Notes under the pieces: generated by a model | Seen by the model: only the letters and a program-made list of their open reading frames with translations | Told to the model about the DNA's origin: nothing | The model's database searches: none | Made by a program: the position numbers and the translations under genes | Source of the DNA: Camelus dromedarius | Taxonomy: Eukaryota | Length of the DNA: 64,000 nucleotides | Assembly: GCF_036321535.1 (NCBI RefSeq) | Contig: NC_087449.1 | Coordinates: 60,760,001-60,824,000 of the forward strand | Direction of reading: 5' to 3' | Part shown: piece by piece, positions 9,381 to 21,270 of the stretch | Layout: every line of letters begins with the position of its first letter | Position numbering within the stretch: the first letter of the stretch is position 1

Positions 9381-11124
9381 CTTGCAGTGTTCTGGGCCAC
9401 GAGCTGGGAGCCCCTGCTCGAGAAGAGATTAGTTCTGGGTGGGAGCTTGATGGGGTGCAGGTGGGAGAGAGTCCCTTCTCTGCAGATTCCATGCCCGAAG
9501 TGAACTTGAGGATGTGAGAGTGTGCGGATGCTGGAATCCCCACCCCTATGCTGTTGAATCTGGTGTATTCCAGGGCCTGGAGTGGGGCCTCCCAGGATCT
9601 GGGCACTTAATGTCCCCCAGCCATTCAGGGCCAGACTGCGCGGGAAAAATAACCATGCATGACTTACTTGGCAGAGGCTGGGGTCAGGTGAGGGCAATGT
9701 CAGAAGCAATGCCAAGGCTGGGAATCAGGGGTGGTGGTGGTGAGAGCCTGAGAAACAGGGCAGGTGCCACTGATTCGGCCCCTAATTTTTGGTTGCTGGG
9801 ACAGGTCTCTCGGGTGGCAGCTGTTACATCTTGGATGAAGCCCATGAAGGAGGGCTGGCAGGGTTTCTCCTCAAAACGAAATGAAAGGACTAGGCATTCA
9901 GAGAGGGTTTGGGGGCTGAGTCGGGGGTTTGGGACTCAGTGGGAGGAAGGCTTACTGAGGGGATGGGACGTGAGCAGGCTTATAAGGGATCAGTCTCCCT
10001 TTCCCACTCTTAGTCCCTCTTCATTCCTCGACCTGCGTCCTCTGCCTGGGCTAGGAGCCGGGGGGTCTTGTGCAGGGCGAGGCTGGGGGCCCCTCCCACC
10101 TGGATCTGTTGGTGGAAGGCCTGGCATGGGACTACTGGCTCCTGTCTCTCACATGCTAAGGGCCCGAGGCTCACATCCACTGCCGGGCCAGCTGGGTGGG
10201 GGCTCTGGCGCTGGAATTTTAGGGTTCCCTATTTGCTAAGTTGTCAGGGATTCTGATATTCTTCCCTTGGGAAGGCAACTGAAAGGCAACGCTTAACCCA
10301 TGTGGTGGTAATGACCGTGGCATCTCAGGCAGCAGGTGGCAAGTCGGGGTGGAAGGAAATACACTTCAAAGATGCAGCCCTCTCCAGGCAGGGCCTAAAA
10401 GGAAGTCAGTGGGGGAGGGCATCCTGGCTGCTGTAGTACCATCCATGTCCACCTGGGGGCAGTGGTACACAACCTAACGCCAAATTATTGCACCCCGCCC
10501 CCTCCACTGCCACTCAGGTTGCATCTGGGAGAGGGAGGCACTCTACCTAGAACCCAAAGGACTGGGAAGACCTTGAGACCTTAGCCCATCAGAGGGACCC
10601 AGTGGGAGCCTGGTCTGTCCAAAGTCACACAGGGTGCACACTTTCCTTGGCACCCCACCACCCCAGCCTGTGTGATGGAGGGGCTTAGGGTGTATCTGTG
10701 TGTGGGGGAAGAGTCTTGGGGGCTCTAGAGTGCAATCCAGAATCTGTGGCCTTGGTGCCACTCCTGGTGCCTGCCCTGCTCTGAATGAACTTGCCAGGCA
10801 GGGTGGCCAGGCAGGTAGAGACATGGGCTGTGGGCTGAGTGGCCTGGGTCTCCCTGTTCTCATCTGGGAATAAAACAGCACTGCTCTTGGGCTGGCTGTG
10901 CAGATGAAGAGTTGATATACGTAAAGAGCTCAGGCTAGCCCTCGGTGATGGCAGGTGAGTATTAAAATCAACCTGTCCCTTCAGGAAGAGCTCCCTCTTC
11001 TCCCTGGCTTCTGACAAGATGCAGGAGCCACCTGAGCAAATACTGCCCCAGTCCCCAGGTGACCTTGTCCCCATCCCCTCCCTTTCCAACACCTCCCCTC
11101 TTCCACCTTAACAAGAACCACACA

Positions 11125-12705
11125 CACATAAGAATATAGAATTTTATCTTATTTTAGTTAAAAAAAATAATCGTACCACCGAATGAAGTAGTTTCTTCTT
11201 CTTTTTTGGTGAGAAGGGAGGAAAGAAAAAAAAAAGCAATAAGCCAAAAGAATAAGAACTTTTTATATTCATCTGTATAAACATATCCGCTAAGGCAAAC
11301 GCAATCCAGGGCCAAGGCTGCTGCACTGGGGTCAGTACCTCCTAATTCCTGCAGATTCTAAGGCCAAAAAAGTAAAACCTCTGCAAGTCCAACAGGAGTT
11401 TTGTGGACTCGTGGGGGCATTTTACTAAAATAAAGAGTTACCGAGTTAAAAAAAGCAGTGACGCTGTCACGACACGCACGGGAAGTTGCATAACTGTGGC
11501 CTCGGTGGCCGTTCACTTGTTTGGACTGGGGGACGGGCACAGCTTCACGACACGGCGACACAGACACACACACACACAGACACGCACACACGTGAGCGAG
11601 CACACTGGGAGCTGCGGAGGGCGGGGCCGGGGGCACAGACTTGTCCACGGCCTGTCTGGGGATGGGCCTGGGGAGGGCTGGGGTCCCCATGCTTCCTCAG
11701 GGGTGGGGGTGATAGGACGGGTCCTGTCGCTGGTGACAAAGCGGTCAGTGTCACTTGGGGAAGGAATGGCGTGAAAGAGCTGAGCCAGGTCCCCCGCTCC
11801 CCACCACCTGGGCCGTGCAAACCACTTAAAGCACTTCTTGGACGCCTCCTGGAGAATGGAGACGAGCTGGTTTCCTTCCCGATGAAGGGGCCAACCCCTC
11901 CCCTGCACCCTGCTCCCTCCAGAGCCCTGGGGACCCTCAGGCTGTTTGAGGTGGTGACTAGGGAGTGGTGTTTCTGCCCCCAGAGCCTGCCCTGCCCACG
12001 ACCCACGGAATGGCCGGCAGAGTCAGGGCCTGTGAGGTAGATTGGCACAGCTGCCCCCTCACCCTGCCTGGCTGCCCCAGAGAGCTGGGGTCTCCATGTC
12101 AGCACGGGGTGCCAGGGGCCTGGGCCCCCTGGCCAAGATAGAAGCCCCGCCTTGATTCCAGCAGAGAGAGGAGGCAGGGCCGGAGGAACAGGTGCTGGGG
12201 TGGGGAGCCCCAGTGCCATTGATCAGCTCTAGAGGGCCGGCCACAATTCTTGCCATCTGTCGCTCCCCCAGTCTAGGGAGGGGCTAAGGGCAAGTGGCCT
12301 CCGTAGGGGAGAGGAGAGGGAGAGGCTCAGGGGGAGAGGAGTGTGTGTGGAGGGTGGCACACCGGCAGGGGGCACCCTAGAGCTGAGAGCTGGGCGGGGA
12401 GCAGGAGCAGCTGGAGCAGGTAGCGGGCAGCCAGGGTGCCAGGGACGCAGGAAGGGCCAGGGAGGGCTGGGCCAGGCGGGGAGACAGCTGGTGTCACGGC
12501 CTCAGGAACAGTGGAAGGGAGTGGGGAGAGGCTGGGCTACTCTGGGAGACCCCTCAGCTGGCTCGTTCACAATCTGTAGCTTTGTAGCCTGGTCCCTTCA
12601 GACAGAGCCAAGGATCAGGCTGGCCTCCAGTCTCCCCGCCCTTGCCACCCCTGCCGGCCGGGTCAGGCACCGGGGGCCAGGGCCAGGCGGTCGGGCGCAG
12701 CCTCG
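11125..12705 (-). other. EFHD2: EFHD2 3'UTR (3' end inferred)
   Basis: follows the TAG at 12706; U-rich terminal block 11140-11290; variant poly(A) signals at 11143-11153 and a GU-rich element beyond. Confidence 0.65.
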
Positions 12706-12837
12706 CTACTTGAACGTGGACTGCAGCTCCTTGAAGGCCGCTTTCCGCTGTTTCAGCTCTTCCGCCTGCTTCTTCCTCTCCTCCTGCTCCGCCTTGATCT
12801 CCTCCTCGAAGCGGCTGGACACGTTGATGGCCTGGAC
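12706..12837 (-). CDS. EFHD2: EFHD2 exon 4 (VQAINVSSRFEEEIKAEQEEKKKQAEELKQRKAAFKELQSTFK*)
   Basis: CAG acceptor at 12839-12838, TAG at 12708-12706, 132 bp. Confidence 0.97.
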   Translation of the reverse strand, partial: VQAINVSSRFEEEIKAEQEERKKQAEELKQRKAAFKELQSTFK

Positions 12838-13862
12838 CTGGAGCGGGGTGGGGGTGAGGGGGGGTCAGCGCTGGAGGGGGTTCTCCCTGGGGCCCCTTCT
12901 GGTTCCGCTGGCCCTGCTCACACAGCGCTGCCTCTCGCTAGCTGGGCCCTGTGCCAGGCGCCGCATCCACCTTTCTGAGCTTCAGTTTCTCCATTTAGAG
13001 CCTGATGCTCAGTAACTGACCTCATGGGGTTGTTGGGAGGATAAACGAGGGAAGATACATTTAGTGGCCGCTGCACAGCGTGGGTCCTGTAAGTGGGAGC
13101 TTCTGATGCTGCTATTCTTGCCCCGCCCCGTCCTGGGAAGCGCAGCTGCACACTCGGTCCCACTGATGAGCCCTGAAACATCACCTCAACCCTAGAAGCC
13201 CAGAGGGAGGTGGGAGGCGGCTGCTAGAAGGAATGTTCTTAGCTAACAAGGGGAGGGGGAGAAACGAGGACAGGCGGAGGCCCCGGGGTCCAGGGCAGGA
13301 TCCAGGAGCCATCCATGCTTGTCCCTTCCATCTAAGCGTGTGCTGAAGGAGGAGGGTGCTGTGCGTGTAGTGGCCTCTGGCACCCATCAAATTCCCTCCA
13401 AGCTGGGGCTAGCGGGGCTGGTGTCTCAGAGAGGCCCTGGGAGCCAGTGTTGTGTCTCTGGGCCTTTTCTGCTGTCTCCCAGGCCCACCCTTTAAGGCCT
13501 AGACCTTTGGGGTAGTGGCTCCATGTGCCAGGGCTGGGGCAGCTCCAAGTGGTCCCTGTCCCCTCTTTAAGAGTACACACCACTCCTTACCTACCTGCAG
13601 GGCAGGGAGAAAAAGGGGAAGCTACAAAGGATCACAGCCTCAGGGGGAGGGGCAGTGGGGACAGAAGCCAGGAGCTCCATGACCTCCCAGCCCAGCCAGG
13701 CGCCAGCTCACCAGCTCCTATCTGTGGCCTCAGCAGGGACAGGAAGAGGAAGTGCTGATCTGCAAGCTAACTCAGGGTCCTGGAATCCCCCAGCCACCCC
13801 TGTCCTCCAGCTAGGGTCAGGGCACCCCCACCCCGGGCTCCACACATCCTCCCATTTCTCAC

Positions 13863-13997
13863 CTTGGCCTCAAAGAAGCTCTTGGCCCCCTTGACGCCCT
13901 CGGTGGAGACGTCGATCTCGGAGAGGCGGGCCAGCACATGCAGCCCGCTGTCCTCCTGCAGCTCCCCAGCTGCGGCCTTGCGGAAAATCAGGAGGAA
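13863..13997 (-). CDS. EFHD2: EFHD2 exon 3 (FLLIFRKAAAGELQEDSGLHVLARLSEIDVSTEGVKGAKSFFEAK)
   Basis: CACAG acceptor, GTGAGA donor, 135 bp. Confidence 0.97.
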
Positions 13998-15145
13998 CTG
14001 TGGCGAGAGAACAGCACGTGATGTCAGGGAGTGAGGGAAAGGGCCCAGGTGCCTGCCCACGCCAGGGCCCAGCTGCAGGCCTCACCCGGAAAGAGGCGGC
14101 ACTCATAGGACGGGGAGCCGGAGTTCGGGGCTCTCCCCGCTGTGTGCTCTGTGTCCCTGCACTGGCCCCTGTGCCCCTCCCTCTCTGGGCCTCAGTTTGC
14201 CCATCTGTACAGTGGGAGGCTTTGGGGCCGGTCTCCTGTCCTCCCAGGACAGGGGCTACTGCAGGCTGCTCTGTTCATGCTCAGCTCCCATCAAAAGCCT
14301 CAACCTACCTCTTTATCCTCACTGTGTGCCCAGCCAATCTGCTCTAAGTTCCATTTACTGAATCTTAAAGGTACATGACTGTGCCCATTTCACAGAATGA
14401 GGAAGGCTGAGAGACAAGAAAAAGCCTGCCCCAAATCTTAGCACCAGAAAGTGACAGAGGGTAGGATTTGAACCCAGGTCCGCACCTTCCTCCCTGGGAC
14501 TCGGCCTCCTCCAGGTGTCCCAGGCCACCCTGCTCTCGTCTTATGCTTCCTGCCAGCTCTTCAAGGCCCGGCCTGAGGCTTGTCTCTTCAGGGGCCACCC
14601 CCTGGTGTTTAACTCTTGCTGAGTGGGGACATGTGCCACTGCTATCTGGCTTTCCTCCTCCATCAAATGGGCTTGCTGGTGGTTCCTGTCTTAGAGTGAG
14701 GCCCGAGGGAGATCTGGAGGGTGAAGTCACCCAGCCCAGTGCCTGGCTCCTCTCGGACCTGAAGTGCTTGTCCCTCCCTCCAGCTGTCCCTTTTCCTGAA
14801 TTGCATCCTGTTATTTCACTCTTTACACATCTCCCCCTCTACACATCAGGACCCCTGGAACACAGGACCTTTCCTTGTACTCCCAGAGTCCACACGAGGT
14901 CAGGTATACAGAAGTCACTCAGTAAGTGCTCACTCCATGGAGGGACAGACGTGCCTCCTTCTCACTTAAGGCATCTCAGAATCTCCCCTGGTAGCTGCCC
15001 TAGGGTCCGCTGAAGCCTCATTCATTCAGCTATCAGCCGTTCTACACAGCTGTTCAAGGACAAGGTTGCTCAGGGACAAAGGGGGGTTAGTCTCTCCCGG
15101 CCACTACGTTCCCCAGTGTCGTCCCCCACGAGGAGCAGGGCTTAC

Positions 15146-15293
15146 CTCCCGGAAGCTGAGCTTGCTGTCAAAGTCTTCATCCACTTCCTTGATCATGTTT
15201 TTCAGGCCCAGGTGGGTCTGGGGGGCTCCGAGTTTCTCCATCATCAGCTTTAGCTCCATCAGGTCGATGAAGCCGTCCCGGCCGGCATCGTAC
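15146..15293 (-). CDS. EFHD2: EFHD2 exon 2 (YDAGRDGFIDLMELKLMMEKLGAPQTHLGLKNMIKEVDEDFDSKLSFRE), EF-hand loops
   Basis: CACAG acceptor, GTAAGC donor, 148 bp; missed by the ORF track. Confidence 0.97.
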
Positions 15294-18189
15294 CTGTGGG
15301 TGCATAGAGACAGAGGCCTAAGGACACCCTGACACCTCCTTTCTACCAGTCAGAGGAGTCACGAGTGGGAGTGCAAGGAGCTGGGGAGCTCAAAGGGCAC
15401 CTCCCACCAACATGTCATCCTGTCACAGCTGGAGGGGACCTTGGCCCAGGCAGTGCCCCAATTTGTGGCCCAGCTACCGCCTGGCTACCTCTGGTGATGG
15501 GGAACTCACCACGTGGCCCGGTAGCCTTCTACGTGTTGAACAGTGCCAACTTTTGGACAAACCTACCGCACAAGGAAGCTGAAACCACAGCCCGTCTCTA
15601 CTGAATGTGACATGAACAGGCAGGGAGGAAGAACTCACAGTTCCATGGGGGTATGGATTGAGAGGGTGGGCCCTGATGTCAGAACTCACTGACCATCTCC
15701 AGGCACCTCCACGGGCACTTGAGGGACGTCCTGGCTCCATCTTTCCCCTACTCCTTGTCCCTACCCAGGAGGGAGGCAGAAGGTTCCATGTCTCAGGGCA
15801 GGATCAGAGGTCACAGGAGGGAGGGTCTACTTCCAGTTTTCTGGGAGGAGGGAGCAACTTGTACAGGGTGCCTGCAGCGAGCAGTGGGACCTGACTGCGT
15901 GGCTGGAAAGGCCTGAACAGTGATTCGGTGATGGCAGTGTCTCTGGCCTGCACACTTCAGGTCTCTTTTTCCTACCACCAACAGCCTGGCAGCAAAAGGG
16001 ACAAGGTGAGGGGCAGGGTCTAAATGCCTCTCTCGACCAGCCTCCTTGTGGTAAGAGCTTGGGTCAGAGCTGGCCTCCAGGCCCACCCCCTGTTGCCTGG
16101 AGCACATGGCACAGCAGATGTGGGTGCTGGGGGCACAGCCCAGCCAGCCCCTCTTATCAGGCTAACCAAACACCCACCCTGTTTCCTGGTGGGCGGGCGA
16201 GAGTCGTCTCAGGGTTGGCCAATGGGCCCTCTGAGCCTAAAGAGCTTCTTGTAGTCCCCAAGGTCTTAAACTGACTGGGTGACAGTGCTGGTGACAGTAA
16301 TATGACATAGAGGGGCTGAGTTCCAGAAACTTACATCCTGGAGACTTGGAGTTCCTACATAAACACCTATCTCCTTCCTATGCCTTCTTTATGGCTCCCC
16401 ACTTCCTGTCCCCCCATCTCTAGTTATACATAAGCTTCACATGACTGTGGACAAAAGCAACCGCTTTTTGAAATCTGTCTTTGTGCCAGGAACTTCATAT
16501 ACTTTATTTTACTTGATCTACTTTAAATAACCTTCTTTTATAATGGAGGCTCAGAGAGGTTAAGTGGCCTGCCCAAGGTCACACAGCAGTAAAGGAAGGG
16601 CTTCTACTCCATGTCAGTTGGGCTTATCAGCCTGCACATTTGTGGTGCCCAGCCCCCTTCCACATGTCTTTGGCTGCCAGCAGAACAGAGACGTCTGCTT
16701 GGAGCACTGAGCAGAGCATTTGTTCAAGGGGTATAAATAGTTTGCGAGCAAGTGAGTCAGTGGTTGGAAGTGACGCAGCACAGGGAAGACAGGTCTCTGG
16801 GAACCCTGCAGGGAACACGGGGTCCTGAGGCCTTTTCCCCCACCGTGGCGGGGAGGGGGCTGGAGTCTGGGCAGACGGGCCACGTGGGCAGAGGCCAGGG
16901 CCAGGGCGGAAGCAGACGCAAGAGGATGTGGTAGAGGGCTGTGGGACTCGGGAGGGTCAGGCAGGCCTACAATCCCGTGGTCCAGGCTCCACTTAGAGCT
17001 GGAGGGGCCCTGGGAGCGGGTACGGTGGAGCGCTGTCCCCCCTCCCCGGGATTCCATCTTTGGAGCCTGTTTGCCAGTTGGTAAGGGGCTAGTGGCTGCT
17101 GCATGACCTTTAGTGACAGGTACTGGAGCAGCCCGGTGAGGGATTTCCTGGGGCAAGTCACATGGGCCCCTCTCCTCATGCCCCCGAGGAAAACAAAGCC
17201 CCCGCCTCTTTCTGAACTTGGGCTCCAATGACGGTCACTGATGCTGAGTCGGGGCTGGAGCAATGGCCTGGGTTCCAGGAGACCGAGCCACTCAAGCTTT
17301 CAGCCGATGCTGGGAACCCCTGGTATGACGGTGACTCTTCTGTAGGGTGACTGCGAGGACCGAGGGGGTTCATACATGCCAAGCACTTAGCACAGGGCCA
17401 GCACATGGAGCTGGCTCCAGCAACGGCAGCTACCAGCACTATCCTGAGATGTCGCTATCTCTACTAAGCTCCTACTACGTGCCAGGTATTTTCTCTTGAC
17501 AACCTGTGTGCTCAGCGATCCTGGGAGGTCAGAGGTACGTTCCCACGTGACTGATTTGGGAAGAAGGGCTGCAGAGGTTTGGGCCCTGGCCCGATAACCA
17601 GCAGGCTAGGGATTCAGACCCCTATCCTTGCAAGTCCCACACTCTACTCTATCCACCGCCCACCTGCTCCTCCTGAGCCTCAGCTTTATTTACTGCTCAA
17701 GGGTTTCTCCCACAGCCAGGGGTGGCTCCGTTTCAGAGGAAGTGCAGATAAAGTGTCCAAACTTGGACAGAAACTTGGACTCTAGATTTCTCGGTCTCTG
17801 GCAGCTGCCAGGCCTGGCTGGGCTGCAGCTCAAACCGCGGCCTGAACCGCGGCTGATGCTGATCAAACATAAATCAATTACTGGGCCCGGGTTCCATCCC
17901 AGGTGGGCGGGCTCCAGGCCCCATGGGGGCAGTGCAGGGGCTGGCCTCAGGGCCAGAGGATCAATCACCAAGGGGAGGTGACAGAGGCGGGGAGAGGCCA
18001 GGTGCTGGCGTGGGAGGAGGGGCCCCCAGAGGTTGCGACACAGTTGAGTACTGTTCCCAAGAGACCCCCTGGGAGCAGATATCCACCACATGCCCTGGCT
18101 CTGATGTGGGTGGGCTCTGGGTCACTGGATCAGCCAAGTTCTAGGGTCAACCCTGGAGGCTCGTGCTCACAGCACCTCTGCTGAGGCTG

Positions 18190-18380
18190 ATCTGAGCCCA
18201 AACCCCAGTTCTGCCACCTGCTGGCTAGGAGACCCTGAGCCAGTCACATGACTGCGTGAACCTCAGTTCCTCCTTTTACATCATGGTGATCAGATCCATC
18301 TCAGGAGTGAGGCAAGGGTTAATGGATGATCCAAGCAGATTCTTAGCAGAGGCTGGTGCATAATAAGTACTTAATTAAAA
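18190..18380 (+). mobile_element. MIR SINE
   Basis: aaaccccagttctgccac...aacctcagttcctc...ttcttagcagaggctggtgcataataagtac. Confidence 0.7.
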
Positions 18381-19689
18381 CTCACTAACAAAGGCACTAC
18401 TACTGCTCAATTATTATTATTAACATCTACTTTTAGGATTAGAGATTACAGGAGATGATGGATATAAAATGCTCAGTACACAGTATGGGCTTATAACCTG
18501 CTAATTTCATTATAATAGCAGCTACTGATAGTAGTTAAGCACTTTGCACACATAATATAAAAATGGTGATGATAATAATAACAATGATAAAAAAATACGG
18601 TTTCTCCCTCGGGCATCAATCCTGACGTGCATGGCTGGGAGGAATGCTTGTAGGCTGGCCCAGAGGCAGGGGGTGGGCAAGACGACCAGCAACTTCCCCT
18701 CCTGAGGGTCCCCCTCCCTCCCCCTATTAGGCCCGACTCAAGGACCCTGCCACTTGGGGAAGTGAGAGACCGCAGGACAGAAACTTCTGCTGTCTTGCTG
18801 GGCAGAGGGAGTGAGGAGCCTCAGCCCAGGGTTACTCTCCTTCCTGCTCCTCCTCTGAGAGGGAGGGAAGTGACAAAGGAGGAGACTGTCACTGTGCCAC
18901 CAGCAGGACGCCGGCTGGCAAACCAGGAGAGAATCATGTTCTAAGATGCTGGGAAAACAGGCATATCCCTGGCTGGGAAGACCCTCTTACCCTCAGCCCT
19001 CTCCCTGAGCTGGAACTGAGGTTGCAGGTGGCTCAGAGGACCCAGGAAGAGGGAGTCCGCTCACAAGACCTGTCTGGGTGCCTGGTCTATCCACTTCGTG
19101 TTCCATAGGGAAATTGGGGCCCAGATGGGGTAGCAAGCAGCCCAAGGTCACACAGCTGGAGAACTGCAAGATTCCAGAAGTTATAAGCCTTCCTCCCTGC
19201 CTGCCTGCCAGCCAGCTTCCCTCTTCTTCTCCCAAGGAGGGTCCAAATTCTCAAGCCTGCAGGGCTGAGAGCCTGGCTTGGGGCCTTCCTGGGAGGGCCA
19301 ACTCCATCCTGGATGACTGACAACAAAGCTCCTGGGCTGGGAGCTCAGCACTTTTCTCCACACTGGGGGGAGGATGCTGCACCTGGCACCATGCCCACAT
19401 TCCTACCCACCTCCCCCTGAATAGTGCTCGACAGGCAGGGCTCGGCAGCTGCCACCCTGGATGCCGGTGACGAAATCCCCTCCCAGCTGCCCTTGAAAGT
19501 GGAGGAGTGGCCACCACCCTGGCAGACTTCACCCCATCGGGTTGCAGGTCCCACCCAGCGGGCTGCTCCGCCTCCCCCAGGTCTGATAACCAGGAGTCTC
19601 GGGGGTGAGCAGTGGCTGGCTCCCCTGGCGTGCAGGGCTCGCCCCATCAAAACAATATGATCATTCGTGGCTACTCTTGGCTGAGCACT

Positions 19690-19870
19690 CACTATGTGCC
19701 AAGCACCGTGCCAGGTGTTTTACATCACATCCTCACAAGAACTCTGCGAAACTGGCATCAACACCCCCACATTACAGATGAGGAGACTGAGGCTTAAGGA
19801 TGAAGTGACGTGGCCAAGCCCACAGTTGGCGAGGACATACCTTGGACTGAAGCCCTGGCCAGATGAAAAA
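19690..19870 (-). mobile_element. MIR SINE
   Basis: actatgtgccaagcac...cattacagatgaggagactgaggct...ccaagcccacag. Confidence 0.8.
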
Positions 19871-21139
19871 GGCACTTTTAACTACTATGCCATGTCCTGA
19901 TGCCTACAGAGCCTGCACCAGAGGAACTCAGGTTGCGAGGGATATTAGAGGCCACCCTCATTTAGCCGTTCATGAGGATCAGATTCCTAATACAGGTTTC
20001 CTGCTTGGTGTCTTGAATACCTCTCAGGACGGGAAGGTCACTGCTTCCTTATAGCAGCCCATTTTGGCTTTGGAACTGGCCGTGAGAAAGCTGCTCCTCA
20101 CGCATGACCCTCCCCACCCGCCAGCTGTGCTGCACAGTCTGGGGGCAGAATGAGAAGCCATCACAGCTGTTGCACAGGGGGAGGGTGGGAACAGTTGATA
20201 TGGGAGCATAGGGGACCCCAGTTCTCTCCCTTCTGATTCCCATCCCAGGGCTTTGCTGATGGCCCCTCAAGAGGACAGACAGCTGGAGAGGGCAGTGTTT
20301 ATGGAGCACGGAGCCCCCAGGCCCACCTGGCTTTACTCTCCACATTCACAGACCTGGTCTTCCCCACCTGCCTAGGGAGGCCCAACCGGCTCCTAGGCCT
20401 CTACTCTTTGTCCTGCAAAATGGGAAGGCAGGTTCCTTGGGGTAGGAAAACTCTGGACAACAGAAAAATTCTGCCCTTGCTAGCTGTTGCGGCCAGCTTG
20501 GCCCTGCCTGCCTCCACGTGCAGGTGGACGCCCGCCCACAGGCCTGGTGATGACTGCTGAGCAGGGCCCCCTAGTTACTGCAATGCTGCGGCCCCCCGGC
20601 TGCATGACTCATGCAGCGAAAGCCCGGTGGCTCACCACTTCCTCTATCTGCGGAGCTTGGCACTCACTCCGCTGCCCTGTGTCAGCCCAGGAGAGGGTGT
20701 GCGATTGTGTGTGGGGTACTGTGTGAGCGTGTCTTGCCCCGTGGCTTTCCAGCAAGTCCAAGGAGCAAGTGGAGCACCCGCCAGGCTGACGGCGATCTGC
20801 TGGGGGCTGTCAGGGCTCGGGGACATCCCAACCTCGGGTTCAAGCACCTCATGCTGAGCCCCCCAGCCCTGAGAGGGGCATCGCCCTTCGCTGGTAGCAC
20901 TGGCAGCGGGCCCCCCCCAGCCCTAGCCCGCACCGCCTCCTTCCCTGCCTGCTCTTCATAATAGTTATTACAGTAGGGGTTTCAAAGAACATTTACCAAA
21001 CGTCTGATACAACCCAGTGTTTATTATTTAACTTCATCTTCCCTCTACTCATCTTGTTAGCCCCTCAAAGCCCAGACTAAGTAACGTGGTGGGGAGGTCA
21101 GCCTCAGGCAAGCGGTGGGGAGCCGGCTATGGGCTGGCC

Positions 21140-21270
21140 CAGTGCTTCCTAAACCTTCATGCACACAGCTGGCGAGCTTTGTTAAAGTGCAGATTCTGAT
21201 CCAGTGGGCTCGGGGTGGGGCCTGAGCACCAGTGTTTCTAACAAGGCCCTAGGTGATGCTGATGGTGCTG
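21140..21270. mobile_element. MER5-type hAT-Charlie fragment
   Basis: cagtgcttcctaaac...ttgttaaagtgcagattctga...ggggtggggcctgag...tttctaacaag...ggtgatgctgatg. Confidence 0.7.

Noticed and set aside
9514-10239. 241-aa ORF between EFHD2 and CTRC
   Set aside because: G/W/P-rich low-complexity translation with no domain or splice/codon signal; expected by chance in GC-rich DNA
12341-13015. 224-aa + strand ORF and overlapping 3'UTR ORFs (11486-12219)
   Set aside because: Antisense shadow of EFHD2 exon 4 and GC-rich UTR
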